DNA of 32,000 nt, from assembly GCF_000011805.1 (NCBI RefSeq), contig NC_006840.2. One strand, written 5' to 3'. This stretch comes from Aliivibrio fischeri ES114 (GTDB lineage: Bacteria; Pseudomonadota; Gammaproteobacteria; Enterobacterales; Vibrionaceae). This document shows, piece after piece, positions 1 to 10,082 of the stretch. Both the position numbers and the translations under genes were made by a program. The notes beneath the pieces were generated by a model. The model made no database searches. It was given only the letters and a program-made list of their open reading frames with translations, and was not told the origin of the DNA. The number at the start of each line of letters is the position of its first letter. Positions within the stretch are counted from its first letter, which is position 1.

Positions 1-2645
1 ACGATCCTGATGATCGTCAAGGCCTTGCTCACTTCTTAGAGCATATGCTGTTTCTCGGTACACAAAAATACCCAAAAGTTGGAGAGTTTCACTCTTTCAT
101 TAATCAGCAAGGTGGCTCTAATAACGCATGGACAGGAACCGAAAATACCACCTTCTTTTTTGAAGTATCGCATTCAGCGTTTGAAGAAGGATTGGATCGC
201 TTTGGTCAATTTTTCTATGCCTCATTATTCAATGAGGAAGCTGTAGATAAAGAGCGTAATGCGGTTGATTCAGAGTATAAACTCAAATTAAAAGATGATG
301 TTCGCCGCATTTATCAAGTTCATAAAGAAACCGTTAACCAAGCCCACCCTTTCTCTAAATTCTCCGTTGGTAGCATTGATACATTAGCAGATAAAGAGAG
401 CTCATCTATCCGCGATGAAATGCTCACTTTTTATCAAACGCATTATTCTGCTGATTTAATGACAGCCGTTGTACTTGGGAATCGACCTCTTTGTGAGTTA
501 GAGCTATTAGCAACTCAATCTTTTGCATCAATCCCTAATCAAAATCTTGGACATAAAGAAATTAATGTTTCTTATGTCACACCAAAAGAACAAAGTTGTT
601 GGATTAACATTGAACCGCTAAAAGAAGTTAGAAAGCTAAGTCTTGCGTTTCATTTACCTAATCAAGATCGTTTTTATAAAACAAAACCGCTTAATTATCT
701 TGGTCACCTTCTTGGCTATGAAGGTGACGGCAGCTTAATGCTCTACCTGAAAAAATTAGGATATATTCACTCATTGACTGCAGGCGGTGGGGTAAGCGGA
801 AGTAACTTCAGAGAATTTACTCTTTCTTTTAATCTGACCGAAAAAGGCATGCTTCATCTTGATGAGATCATTCTCAATACTTATCAGTATATTGAATTGA
901 TTAAACAGCAAGGTCTTGATGAGTGGCGCTACAATGAAAAGAAAGCGGTATTAGAATCTGCATTTCAATTCCAAGAAAAAACTAAGCCTCTTGATTTAGT
1001 TAGTCACTTAGTCATGAATTTACAGCGTTATCATAAAGAAGATGCTATGTACGCTGATTACATGATGGAAGGTTATCATGAACAACACGTTCTCGATCTA
1101 CTTGAGCAATTTACCCCTGAAAAAATGCGAGTCACTCTCGTAGCTCAAGATTTACAATATGATCGTAAAGATAAGTGGTATCACACCCCTTACTCTGTTC
1201 AGCCATTAAGTGAAGCCCAAATAAAGAGTTGGAGTCATGCTGAACTGCATCCTGAACTTCATTTGCCAGAGAAAAACCCTTATATCTGCTATGATTTAGA
1301 GCCTCAAGAATTAAAAGAAACCACCGTTCTTCCAACATTACTTGAAGACCTACCTGGTTTTCGTCTATGGCATAAGCAAGAAGAAGAATTCCGTGTGCCA
1401 AAAGGCATGGTATACATTGCAATAGATAGCCCACATGCCATTTCAGATCCAAGAAAAATAGTAAAAACACGCTTATGTGTCGAAATGCTTATGGATGCAC
1501 TAAGTGAACAAACTTACCAAGCTGAAATTGCAGGAATGGGGTATAACCTATATTGCCATCAAGGAGGCGTAACATTAACGCTTTCTGGCTTTAGTCAAAA
1601 ACAGCCCTTATTGCTGGATGTGATATTAAAACGTTTTTCTACACGTGAATTCAGCGCTGAACGATTTGATTTTATAAAAAATCAACTGATCCGTCATTGG
1701 GGGAATGCATCAAAAGAGCGCCCTATTTCACAGCTTTTCAACGCATTATCTGGAATTTTACAACCAAACAACCCTCCATACCCAGTGCTTCTTGAAGCAT
1801 TAGAAAGTATTGAAGTGGATGATTTACCGAATTTTGTTCAAGCTATGTTCGCTGAGTTGCACGTTGAGATGTTTGTCTATGGCGATTGGACTAAAGAACA
1901 AGCGTTGGAATTAGGTCGTTCTTTAAAAGATACCCTACGGATGCAAAATCAAACTTATGGCGAATCATTCCGTCCACTAGTTATGCTTGGGGAATCAGGA
2001 ACATTCCAAAGAGAATTAGTATGTGACCATTCTGATTCTGCACTTTTGGTTTATTATCAATCTCCACAAGAAGATCCACGCAGTTTTGCCCTTTATACTC
2101 TTGCAAACCATTTAATGTCGGCTTCCTTTTTCCATGAGATCCGTACAAAGCAGCAATTAGGTTATATGGTAGGAACAGGAAATTTACCTCTTAATAAGCA
2201 TCCTGGATTAATTTTATACGTACAATCACCAATGGCACCACCCGCTATTTTACTTGATGCTATTGATGAATTTTTAAATGCTTTCTATATGGTTTTATTA
2301 GAGTTAAATGAGCACCAGTGGCAATCCAGTAAACAAGGCTTAATCGATCAAATATCAGATCCTGATACTAATCTACGAGGTCGAGCTCAACGTTTATGGA
2401 CATGTATAGGAAATAAAGACACGAATTTTGATCATAAAGAGCGAGTCACTGAGGAGCTTAAGAGTTTAACGAGAATTGAAATGATCCGTTTTGTCGTTGG
2501 TATATTAAAACCAAGAACAGCGAATCGTTTAATTATGCATTCTCAAGGAACAGAGCATCAGCAATATGACCGCTTAGATGTTGGCTTTGAAATTGATTCT
2601 ATTGATCAATTTCAACTAAGAAAAAAAGACATCAACCTCGGTTAA
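1..2645 (+). CDS. M16-family (pitrilysin/insulinase-like) zinc metallopeptidase, 5' end cut by window edge
   Basis: The reading frame is open from nt 3. Nt 30-44 encode HFLEH (inverted HxxEH zinc motif) directly before the ORF-track Met at 45, so the true start lies upstream of the window. Downstream ENTTFFFE and ERNAVDSEY segments fit M16 catalytic/zinc-ligand glutamates. The length of more than 866 aa fits two-lobed PtrA-like enzymes. Confidence 0.85.
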   Translation, partial: DPDDRQGLAHFLEHMLFLGTQKYPKVGEFHSFINQQGGSNNAWTGTENTTFFFEVSHSAFEEGLDRFGQFFYASLFNEEAVDKERNAVDSEYKLKLKDDVRRIYQVHKETVNQAHPFSKFSVGSIDTLADKESSSIRDEMLTFYQTHYSADLMTAVVLGNRPLCELELLATQSFASIPNQNLGHKEINVSYVTPKEQSCWINIEPLKEVRKLSLAFHLPNQDRFYKTKPLNYLGHLLGYEGDGSLMLYLKKLGYIHSLTAGGGVSGSNFREFTLSFNLTEKGMLHLDEIILNTYQYIELIKQQGLDEWRYNEKKAVLESAFQFQEKTKPLDLVSHLVMNLQRYHKEDAMYADYMMEGYHEQHVLDLLEQFTPEKMRVTLVAQDLQYDRKDKWYHTPYSVQPLSEAQIKSWSHAELHPELHLPEKNPYICYDLEPQELKETTVLPTLLEDLPGFRLWHKQEEEFRVPKGMVYIAIDSPHAISDPRKIVKTRLCVEMLMDALSEQTYQAEIAGMGYNLYCHQGGVTLTLSGFSQKQPLLLDVILKRFSTREFSAERFDFIKNQLIRHWGNASKERPISQLFNALSGILQPNNPPYPVLLEALESIEVDDLPNFVQAMFAELHVEMFVYGDWTKEQALELGRSLKDTLRMQNQTYGESFRPLVMLGESGTFQRELVCDHSDSALLVYYQSPQEDPRSFALYTLANHLMSASFFHEIRTKQQLGYMVGTGNLPLNKHPGLILYVQSPMAPPAILLDAIDEFLNAFYMVLLELNEHQWQSSKQGLIDQISDPDTNLRGRAQRLWTCIGNKDTNFDHKERVTEELKSLTRIEMIRFVVGILKPRTANRLIMHSQGTEHQQYDRLDVGFEIDSIDQFQLRKKDINLG

Positions 2646-2671
2646 TAATCTAAAATTCACGTCATAAAAAT

Positions 2672-2700
2672 AAGGCCATCATAACGATGGCCTTTTAATT
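2672..2700. terminator. Hairpin terminator between convergent M16 peptidase and fadJ
   Basis: aaggccatc (2672-2680), loop ataac, gatggcctt (2686-2694): a perfect 9-bp stem. A-run upstream and T-rich tail downstream, so it is usable from both strands. Confidence 0.7.
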
Positions 2701-2712
2701 ATATTGGTATTA

Positions 2713-4812
2713 TTACTCAATAAATCGATCACCGTATTTATCGGCATAGTTTCTCATTAAGGTCGCTAATTTCTCTTCCCCTAACGTGTTCATATAAGTA
2801 AAAGGTCCACCTAAAAATGGAGGAAAACCAATGCCAAAAATAGCACCGATATCGCCATCTCTTTCAGAAGCTATTATCCCTTCATCTAAACAACGTTTTG
2901 CCTCTGCCAACATAGGTAATACACAACGCATTGCGATTTCATTTTTACTTAGTTGTGACTGCGGCTTGATGTTTAATAAGGTATACACCTCTTGATCAGG
3001 TTCTTTCTTTTTCCCTTTATAAACATAAAATCCACGTTTTGTTTTCTTACCCAATCGCTTATCGTCAATTAAGGTCTGAAATACATCAGGGCTTCGGAAT
3101 CTATCTCCTAACTCCGCTTCCAATATCGGCATAATTTTCGCGCCAATATCAACTCCAACCTCATCTAATAATGAAATAGGCCCAACAGGAAATCCAAAAT
3201 CCAATAAGGCTTCATCGAGCACCTCTATTGGCTCTCCAGCAAGTAACAGACGTGCCGCCTCATTCATATAAGGCGCAAGGATACGATTAACATAAAAGCC
3301 CGCAGAATCTTTTACAACAATAGGCGTTTTACCCTGTTGCTTAGCCAAAGCCACTACGGTTGAGATGGTTTCATCGCTGGTTGTTGCGTGTGGAATAACC
3401 TCAACCAATGGCATTTTTTCAACTGGACTAAAATAATGAAGGCCAACAATATTTTCAGGCTTTTGAGCCCCCTCGGCTATTTGGCCTATGGGAAGCGAAG
3501 ACGTATTCGTTGCAAAAATAACGTCTTCTTTGCCTTGTTCTTGTACTGCTTTTACCATCTCTTGTTTTAGGTTTAAATCTTCAAATACGGCTTCAACAAC
3601 CACATCTAACTTTTTAAAACCGTCAAACTCTGTCACTCCAGTTAATTGCAGCATTTGTTGTTGTAATTGCGCTTTTGAAATAATTCGGCGCTTTCTCAAC
3701 GTATCTAATCGTTGATAGTGATATTGGTAAGCATTAAGTAATCCATCATTATTGATGTCTTTTATCGTTACTTTCTTTTTCGCTTTAGCAATAGAAACAT
3801 GGGCAATACCTCCTCCCATTAATCCACCACCTAGTACCCCAACATAATCGATGGATTTAGGTTCAGCATCACTGCCTTTTTCTTTTTTCATCTCTGTCAT
3901 GGCAAAGAATAAAGAGCGTAATGCCGCCGATTCTGGCGTCATGGCCAATCGAGCAAATTGTTCAGCTTCTCGTTGTAATCCTTTTTTCATCCCTTTATCT
4001 AAACCATGCTCGATACAGTCTAAAATAGCGGCAATGGCAGGATAATTACCACGAGCTTTTTTCTGTGCTTGTTTTTCCGCTTGCGAGAAAATGACATTAC
4101 GTCCTAATGGATTTCGAGATAACCCCCATTCTTTTGCAGTCAATTTACGTTTCGCTTTTTTCTTTAAAGCAAAGTCCGCAGCTATACGAGACAAAATAGT
4201 ATGAGGAACAGATGCATCTACTACGCCTAATTTCAGTGCTGTTTTAGGTCTTAGTTGCTTACCCGTTAAGATAATATCCAAACTTGGCAGTAGCCCGATT
4301 AATCGTGGTAATCGCTGAGTTCCACCTGAACCTGGGAGTAACCCTAATTGAACCTCCGGTAAACCGAGCTTGGTTTTATTGTCATCACTACAAACACGAT
4401 AATCACATGCTAAAGCTAGCTCTAATCCGCCTCCTAGGCATGGACCATGTATTGCTGCAACCGTAGCAAATGGAAGATCTTCAATCCTCTGAAATAAATG
4501 CTGTCCTTTTTCAGCCAAGGCTTGTGCTTCTGAGGCATTTTGGCAATTAGCTATCATATTAATATCAGCGCCTGCGATAAAATTATCGGGCTTACCTGAT
4601 TGAATCACTAACCCCTTAATATGAGCTTGTTGCTCTTCAATCTCATCTAAAACTTGAGTCACTTGCTCAGCAAAAGCAGCTTGGAGTGTATTCATTTTTT
4701 CATTCGGAACATCGATGGTTAACCATGCAATTTGCTCATCATCTTTAGTCCATGCAAATGCACTGGTATTTTTAACGGCTTCAAGCGTATTATTTTTCGT
4801 TTCTAACGTCAT
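2713..4812 (-). CDS. fadJ: Fatty acid oxidation complex alpha subunit (enoyl-CoA hydratase / 3-hydroxyacyl-CoA dehydrogenase / epimerase), FadJ type
   Basis: 699 aa. N-terminal crotonase fold ([23 protein letters not shown]). Central NAD Rossmann motif [13 protein letters not shown] followed by a 3-hydroxyacyl-CoA dehydrogenase region. The start ATG overlaps the fadI stop by 1 nt (TAATG), the typical fadIJ arrangement. Confidence 0.92.
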   Translation of the reverse strand: MTLETKNNTLEAVKNTSAFAWTKDDEQIAWLTIDVPNEKMNTLQAAFAEQVTQVLDEIEEQQAHIKGLVIQSGKPDNFIAGADINMIANCQNASEAQALAEKGQHLFQRIEDLPFATVAAIHGPCLGGGLELALACDYRVCSDDNKTKLGLPEVQLGLLPGSGGTQRLPRLIGLLPSLDIILTGKQLRPKTALKLGVVDASVPHTILSRIAADFALKKKAKRKLTAKEWGLSRNPLGRNVIFSQAEKQAQKKARGNYPAIAAILDCIEHGLDKGMKKGLQREAEQFARLAMTPESAALRSLFFAMTEMKKEKGSDAEPKSIDYVGVLGGGLMGGGIAHVSIAKAKKKVTIKDINNDGLLNAYQYHYQRLDTLRKRRIISKAQLQQQMLQLTGVTEFDGFKKLDVVVEAVFEDLNLKQEMVKAVQEQGKEDVIFATNTSSLPIGQIAEGAQKPENIVGLHYFSPVEKMPLVEVIPHATTSDETISTVVALAKQQGKTPIVVKDSAGFYVNRILAPYMNEAARLLLAGEPIEVLDEALLDFGFPVGPISLLDEVGVDIGAKIMPILEAELGDRFRSPDVFQTLIDDKRLGKKTKRGFYVYKGKKKEPDQEVYTLLNIKPQSQLSKNEIAMRCVLPMLAEAKRCLDEGIIASERDGDIGAIFGIGFPPFLGGPFTYMNTLGEEKLATLMRNYADKYGDRFIE

Positions 4813-6140
4813 TATTCAACCTCCAACACCATTGCTGCACCTAAACCACCAGCGGCACAAGCCGTATTTAATCCTAATCCACCACCACGACGTTTTAATT
4901 CTCGTAATGTTTGAATAATCATTCTGGCTCCTGTTGCTGCAAATGGATGCCCATAGGCTATTGACCCACCAAGGACATTAAATTTCTCCATATCAATTTC
5001 GCCAATGGCTTTATCTCTACCTAAATATTCTTTAGCAAATTTGTTTGAAGCAAACATTTTCACATTTGAAAGGGTTTGTGCTGCAAAAGCTTCATGCATA
5101 TCAATTAAGGTAAGGTCTGATAATGAAATTCCCGCTTTATCCAAGGCCATTGGCGTCGCATAAGATGGTCCCATTAACATATCGTGATGCACATCTATCG
5201 CACTGAACGCAAATGAACGAATATAACCTAATGGCTCATAACCTAATTCTTTTGCTCGTTTTTCACTCATTAATAATAAAGCGGCGCCACCATCTGTTAA
5301 TGGCGTACTATTAGCTGCAGTGACTGAACCATATTTATGATCAAATGCAGGGCGTAATTTGGCATAACTTGCTAGATCTGAATCGTGACGAATATTATTA
5401 TCATGATCTAACCATGCGGTATAAGGTTCAGGGAAAGCGGTCATTACTTCATCTTGAATAAGCCCATCTTTCCATGCTTTGGCAGCAAGAGTATGTGAAC
5501 GATGTGCTAATGCATCTTGTTCTTCACGTGTTATTCCATGACTTTTAGCCATTTGTTCTGCTGTTTGTCCCATAGAAATTCCCGTTGAATATTCAGCGAC
5601 AGCAGGAGGAACAGGAGCAATGTCTTTTAATGATAAAGTGCGAAGAAGTGATAACTTTTGGTAAACGGTTTTTGTTTTACTAAGAGCAAGTAAAGTAGAA
5701 GCTAACTTTTTAGAGACACCAATGGGCAATACAGAGGAAGAATCTGCACCACCAGCAATACCAATATCAATCGTGCCTGCCATAATACTCTCCACAACAT
5801 TAGCTGTAGTTTGAAAGCTCGTCGCACAAGCTCTAGTAACACTATAAGCATCAGTACCTATATTCATCCCCGTACCCAAAACAATTTCGCGAGCAATATT
5901 CGGAGCTTCTGGCATTTGTACCACTTGGCCAAACACGACTTGATCTATTAATTTAGGATCAATATCCGTTTTATCCATTAATGCTTTTACCGCTAACTTA
6001 CCAAGATCTACAGCTGGTGTAGTGCTGAATGCTGTCGATTGTTTAGCAAACGGAGTTCGAATACCTGATACAACAGCAATACGGTCACCTTGTCGTGTCG
6101 TTAACGGTTGATACTTACTTGAATTTACGCTGTTTGACAT
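4812..6140 (-). CDS. fadI: 3-ketoacyl-CoA thiolase, FadI type (beta subunit)
   Basis: Thiolase motifs VTRACATSF (active-site Cys) and C-terminal [13 protein letters not shown]. The ORF track starts at 6155, but AAGGAG sits 5 nt upstream of the second ATG at 6140 ([10 protein letters not shown]...), so 6140 is preferred. Confidence 0.9.
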   Translation of the reverse strand: MSNSVNSSKYQPLTTRQGDRIAVVSGIRTPFAKQSTAFSTTPAVDLGKLAVKALMDKTDIDPKLIDQVVFGQVVQMPEAPNIAREIVLGTGMNIGTDAYSVTRACATSFQTTANVVESIMAGTIDIGIAGGADSSSVLPIGVSKKLASTLLALSKTKTVYQKLSLLRTLSLKDIAPVPPAVAEYSTGISMGQTAEQMAKSHGITREEQDALAHRSHTLAAKAWKDGLIQDEVMTAFPEPYTAWLDHDNNIRHDSDLASYAKLRPAFDHKYGSVTAANSTPLTDGGAALLLMSEKRAKELGYEPLGYIRSFAFSAIDVHHDMLMGPSYATPMALDKAGISLSDLTLIDMHEAFAAQTLSNVKMFASNKFAKEYLGRDKAIGEIDMEKFNVLGGSIAYGHPFAATGARMIIQTLRELKRRGGGLGLNTACAAGGLGAAMVLEVE

Positions 6141-6162
6141 TGCTTCTCCTTGCATATATCAA

Positions 6163-6179
6163 AGGTGGTCAGACCTCAA
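6163..6179. promoter_or_regulatory. Candidate FadR operator upstream of fadIJ
   Basis: aggTGGTCaGACcTcaa matches 10 of 14 specified positions of the E. coli-type FadR consensus ANCTGGTCNGACNTGTT, with an intact TGGTCnGAC core. It lies 23 nt upstream of the preferred fadI start. Confidence 0.5.
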
Positions 6180-6355
6180 ATTGTAACCAAGTTGTTAATA
6201 AGATATAGTGATGATAATCACAGGCTCATCATAGAATAATGAATTTGGTCATGAGCTTAATTAAACGATGAATAGCAATGCTTTTATTGATATATAAATT
6301 TCGAGGTTATAGATAGGTATTAAGGAGGTTTTTGATCTAATTCTGTTTTTTTGGT

Positions 6356-6383
6356 AAAAAAAAACCACATCAGTCGATGTGGT
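6356..6383 (-). terminator. Orphan Rho-independent terminator (minus strand) inside the fadI-fadL spacer
   Basis: Minus strand reads CCACATC-gact-GATGTGG followed by T9 (plus-strand A-run 6356-6364, stem 6365-6382). There is no ORF of meaningful length upstream of it on the minus strand. Confidence 0.65.
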
Positions 6384-6892
6384 CAGAATAAAAAACAATT
6401 AACGAGTAGCCAATTGTAAAAATCAGTTTCACCTGATAAGGAGAAAGTAAAGTCAGCCTTCAAAAGGAAATGTTATCTTGCTCAACGGGTTGATTACTCA
6501 ACCAGATAACGAGATCAACTATAACGTTAATCTCAATTCATTTATTGAAATAGATCAATTTTATGTTCTTTTACTACTTTTTGGTCTTATGAATACAAAC
6601 CCCACCTTCCGTTCATCAAACTGATGCTTTTTCCCTCACCATAAAATTAAAATACAAAAACGGGTTAAAAATCACGATTTTTCATTTAGTTAACCATTTT
6701 TTTGACGCTTAGTTAGAGCATAAACTCTATTTTCACTTAAGTAAGCATCTATAACTTTAAAATCAATGAGTTATAAATATAAAAATAAAAATTAAAAAGC
6801 ATAAAAAATAGAGTTAAAGCTCTATTAACATCAATTAGAACGCTATTTACGAACAAATCACGTCCAGATCACGAATTTTAACGATTTTTTAG

Positions 6893-6909
6893 CAGTGGTC
6901 GGATTTGTC
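6893..6909. promoter_or_regulatory. Candidate FadR operator upstream of first fadL
   Basis: cagTGGTCgGAtTTGTc matches 10 of 14 specified positions of ANCTGGTCNGACNTGTT. It lies about 110 nt upstream of the fadL ATG at 7021. Confidence 0.45.
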
Positions 6910-7020
6910 GTCTATGCTCAGATCGTTATTATCTCGCCATCGAGATTTAAGTCTCAACTAAATAAATCTTTTCAGTCTTGAGAATTGAAAGGAAATAACA
7001 ATACACGGAATATAATAATT

Positions 7021-8247
7021 ATGAATAAGAAGCGTCTGTTTTCAAAAACACTTCTAGCAGCAACCATCACTCTTGCAACACAACAAGCTACTGCTGCCGG
7101 TTTCCAACTAAACGCACAATCAGCAACAGGTCTAGGCCGTGCATTTGCTGGTGATGCTGTAATCGCTGATAACGCATCAGTAATGTCACGTAACGCCGCT
7201 GCAATGGCTCTTTTTGATTCATCACAATTTTCAGCTGGTCTTAACTATATTGATACTGATATCAAAGTAAGTGATATTCAATATGGTGGACAGGACATTG
7301 ATGATGCAAATAATGGTAGCGGTACTCCTGTTCCTAATATTTACTACATCCACCGTTTAAATGATAAATGGGCATTTGGTGCTGGTATTTATTCTAACTT
7401 CGGAACAGAAAATAATTTTGAAAATGATTTTGGAACAAGCCATACAACTGTTGGAGCAAGTGCATTAGGTGGAACAACTGAAATTAAAAGTGTCAATTTC
7501 GCTTTAACTACATCATACCGTATTAACGAACAATGGAGCGTTGGTGGTGGGTTAGATGTTATTTATGGTGCAGGAACATTAAAACGTGAAGTATCAGTTA
7601 AAAACCCAATGACTGGTGATATAACAACTGCAGCAACTCTAGTTGACATTGATGCGACAGGTACAGGTCTTGGCTTCAATCTTGGTACTGTCTACGAACT
7701 AGATGAACGTAACCGTTTTGGTTTCTCATACCATTACAGTCCTGAAATTGAAGCAGAAGATGGCAACCAGAAAGTAACATTACCACTCCCTGATATGCTT
7801 GAATTTTCTGGTTACCACGAAATCAAAGACACTAAATTTGCAGTTCATTACTCTGTTCAATACATTGGCTGGAGTGATTTTGACAAAATCGAATTCACAA
7901 ATAACCCAAGCGGTCTAAGTGAGAGCGTATATGATTGGCAAAATGGTATGCACTACGCAATTGGTGGTACTTATTTCCTAAACGATGCATGGACATTACG
8001 TGCTGGTTACATGTATGACACAGCAGCTCAAGATGAACTAACATCGATTTCTGTACCTGATTCAGATCGTCAGTGGTTCTCAGCAGGCTTTAGCTACCAC
8101 TTTGAGAAGAAGCACACAGTTGACTTCGGCTTCACTTACCTAATGGGTGATGATGTAGAAGTTGAAGAATCATCTATCCAAACTCTAAAAGCAACAACAC
8201 ACGCAGATGCAATTCTTGCTGGTGTTCAGTACAGCTACAGCTTCTAA
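7021..8247 (+). CDS. fadL: FadL-family outer-membrane long-chain fatty acid transporter (paralog 1)
   Basis: Signal peptide MNKKRLFSKTLLAATITLATQQATA followed by AGFQLNAQSATGLGRAFAG (FadL N-terminal hatch motif). Beta-barrel-like alternating sequence with C-terminal YSYSF. The ORF-track TTG at 6985 would add 12 aa ahead of the signal peptide, so the ATG at 7021 is preferred. Confidence 0.88.
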   Translation: MNKKRLFSKTLLAATITLATQQATAAGFQLNAQSATGLGRAFAGDAVIADNASVMSRNAAAMALFDSSQFSAGLNYIDTDIKVSDIQYGGQDIDDANNGSGTPVPNIYYIHRLNDKWAFGAGIYSNFGTENNFENDFGTSHTTVGASALGGTTEIKSVNFALTTSYRINEQWSVGGGLDVIYGAGTLKREVSVKNPMTGDITTAATLVDIDATGTGLGFNLGTVYELDERNRFGFSYHYSPEIEAEDGNQKVTLPLPDMLEFSGYHEIKDTKFAVHYSVQYIGWSDFDKIEFTNNPSGLSESVYDWQNGMHYAIGGTYFLNDAWTLRAGYMYDTAAQDELTSISVPDSDRQWFSAGFSYHFEKKHTVDFGFTYLMGDDVEVEESSIQTLKATTHADAILAGVQYSYSF

Positions 8248-8275
8248 GATTTATTCTTAAAAGTATAAAATCAAA

Positions 8276-8300
8276 AGGTCAGCATACGCTGGCCTTTTTT
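8276..8300 (+). terminator. Rho-independent terminator of fadL paralog 1
   Basis: aggtcagc (8276-8283), loop atac, gctggcct (8288-8295). 8-bp stem with one G-U pair, followed by T6. Confidence 0.75.
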
Positions 8301-8582
8301 GATCTTGAAAAACAGTATTTAGAACGCTTCGCTTCAAGGGACTAGGGACGAGTATGAGCAGACAACCCCCTCTAACTCCCCCTTCTATTTACTTTATCGA
8401 CCCCAATGACTCATCAATCAAGGGGGAGAACCTTCTTTGATGCTATACGTTCAGCGATCTGAATCCTGCTCCTCCTGAATTCTAGTCGCTAAAAACTCGT
8501 TCCTGCCCATAACCCCCTAAAAATTTCAGCGTACACATATACCCTCAAATGCATATTCAGACCTACACCTGTACGCCCAAAT

Positions 8583-8599
8583 AACACATCCGACCAGAT
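8583..8599. promoter_or_regulatory. Candidate FadR operator upstream of second fadL
   Basis: The reverse complement reads ATCTGGTCGGATGTGTT, matching 13 of 14 specified positions of ANCTGGTCNGACNTGTT. It lies about 165 nt upstream of the ATG at 8765. Confidence 0.65.
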
Positions 8600-8764
8600 A
8601 AATACAGAAAATTTAGCTAATTTTGAAGTTTTTTGCAGAAAAAAGCCCTTAAAACACGAAAATATCGATTTTTTATTTGAAGTTTTTGCTCTAAAACGTA
8701 TTATCCACCCCAACTAATCACCACCAAATTCAGCGAACACTTGAATTTGATTTTGGAATTTATA

Positions 8765-10063
8765 ATGAACAACAATAAAAATCGTCTATCTATCGCAGTG
8801 GCACTTGGCCTATTAGGTTCAGTTGCAAGCTCAAACACTATGGCTGCAGGTTTCCAACTTGCAGAATATTCAGCTACAGGTCTAGGCCGTGCTTACGCAG
8901 GTGAAGCAGCGATCGCTGATGGTGCTGACGCACAATGGCGCAACGTTGCAATGCTGACATATTTAGAAGGTACTCAAGTTTCTGTTGGTGGTATCTACGT
9001 AAACCCTAATATTGATGTTGAAGGCCAATCAAGTATGAGCCCAACATCAACTAAATCAGAAGACTTTGCACACGATGCTTTTATTCCAAACTTGTATGTT
9101 TCACACCGTGTGAATCAACAACTAGCCATCGGTTTCGCAGTTGGCACTAACTACGGTATGGAAACAGACTTAGGTACTGACTTTACAGGTACCAACTTTG
9201 GTAATGAAGCTAGTGTTATTACTAAAGAAATTAATGTAAATATGGCTTACCAAATTAACCAACAATTCAGTATTGGTGGTGGCGTTCGTTACGTTATTGC
9301 GGAAGGTAGTTTCGGGGCTGTAGCACCAACACAAACACCAACATTTCATCCATCACTTCCTAAACCAGGTACAACTCTAAAATACATGGAAGGAACAGAC
9401 GAGGCATGGGGATGGCAAGTAGGTACTGCGTGGCAAATCAATGATACAAACCGTATCGGATTTAACTATAAATCAGAAGTAAAACTAGATTTAACAGGCC
9501 ATGCAAATGGTGTTGGTTTTGATCTGTATGCAAAGAACCCAAGTGATAGATACTCAGGTTCAATGGAATTAGCTCTCCCAGCAACAGCTGAACTTGCAAG
9601 CTTTCACCAACTAAATGATAAGCTAGCAATTCACGCAAGCTTTAACTGGACAGACTGGAGCAGCTTTGAAAAATTAGAAGCTAATATCCCATCACTTAAA
9701 GTTGCGACTCAGGAGATTAAGCAAGAAAATTGGGAAGATAACTATCGCTTAGCTGTTGGCGGTACTTACGCTCTTGATCAAAAAGTAACGTTACGTACAG
9801 GTATTGCTTACGATACTTCAGCAGTAAGCGAAGAAAACCGAACGGCAACAATCCCTGAAACTGACCGTTTATGGTTAAGTATGGGTGCAGGCTACGCTTG
9901 GTCTGATAACCTAACTCTAGATGCCGGTTTTACATATATTTTTGCAAAAGATGCAAAAATGCATGAAAAAGATCCAAAATCAGCTCCATTCGGCGGTACA
10001 TTTGAAGGGGAAACAACTGGTAATGTATGGCTAGTTGGTGTTCAAGCGAACTACCGTTTCTAA
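8765..10063 (+). CDS. fadL: FadL-family outer-membrane long-chain fatty acid transporter (paralog 2)
   Basis: Signal peptide MNNNKNRLSIAVALGLLGSVASSNTMA followed by AGFQLAEYSATGLGRAYAG. C-terminal VQANYRF. The ORF-track TTG at 8741 adds 8 aa before the signal peptide, so the ATG at 8765 is preferred. Confidence 0.88.
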   Translation: MNNNKNRLSIAVALGLLGSVASSNTMAAGFQLAEYSATGLGRAYAGEAAIADGADAQWRNVAMLTYLEGTQVSVGGIYVNPNIDVEGQSSMSPTSTKSEDFAHDAFIPNLYVSHRVNQQLAIGFAVGTNYGMETDLGTDFTGTNFGNEASVITKEINVNMAYQINQQFSIGGGVRYVIAEGSFGAVAPTQTPTFHPSLPKPGTTLKYMEGTDEAWGWQVGTAWQINDTNRIGFNYKSEVKLDLTGHANGVGFDLYAKNPSDRYSGSMELALPATAELASFHQLNDKLAIHASFNWTDWSSFEKLEANIPSLKVATQEIKQENWEDNYRLAVGGTYALDQKVTLRTGIAYDTSAVSEENRTATIPETDRLWLSMGAGYAWSDNLTLDAGFTYIFAKDAKMHEKDPKSAPFGGTFEGETTGNVWLVGVQANYRF

Positions 10064-10082
10064 TCTGAAAACCATTTATATT

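Noticed and set aside
1132-1470. 112-aa minus-strand ORF inside the M16 peptidase gene
   Set aside because: It is fully antisense to a long CDS with clear family motifs. The product is low-complexity Leu-rich with no recognisable motif or RBS. Typical shadow ORF.
2736-2762. Sigma28-like element on the minus strand (TTAAT-N-GCCGATAA) at the 3' end of fadJ
   Set aside because: GCCGATAA here simply encodes YADKYG of FadJ. There is no gene downstream on that strand (a convergent peptidase gene follows) and the -35 is poor.
3388-4918. Five plus-strand ORFs of 60-75 aa (3388-3570, 3488-3715, 3851-4045, 4284-4466, 4715-4918) antisense to fadJ/fadI
   Set aside because: All lie inside strongly supported minus-strand genes. 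Their translations are Cys/Ser/Asn-rich junk with no start context.
6141-6155. ORF-track N-terminal extension of fadI (MQGEA)
   Set aside because: AAGGAG sits inside this extension, 5 nt before the second ATG at 6140, so the extension most likely contains the RBS rather than coding sequence. Uncertainty of 5 codons remains.
8489-8713. 74-aa minus-strand ORF in the fadL-fadL spacer
   Set aside because: It has no RBS and an arbitrary-looking sequence. It spans the best FadR operator (8583-8599) and the likely fadL-2 promoter region. Judged a chance ORF in the intergenic region.
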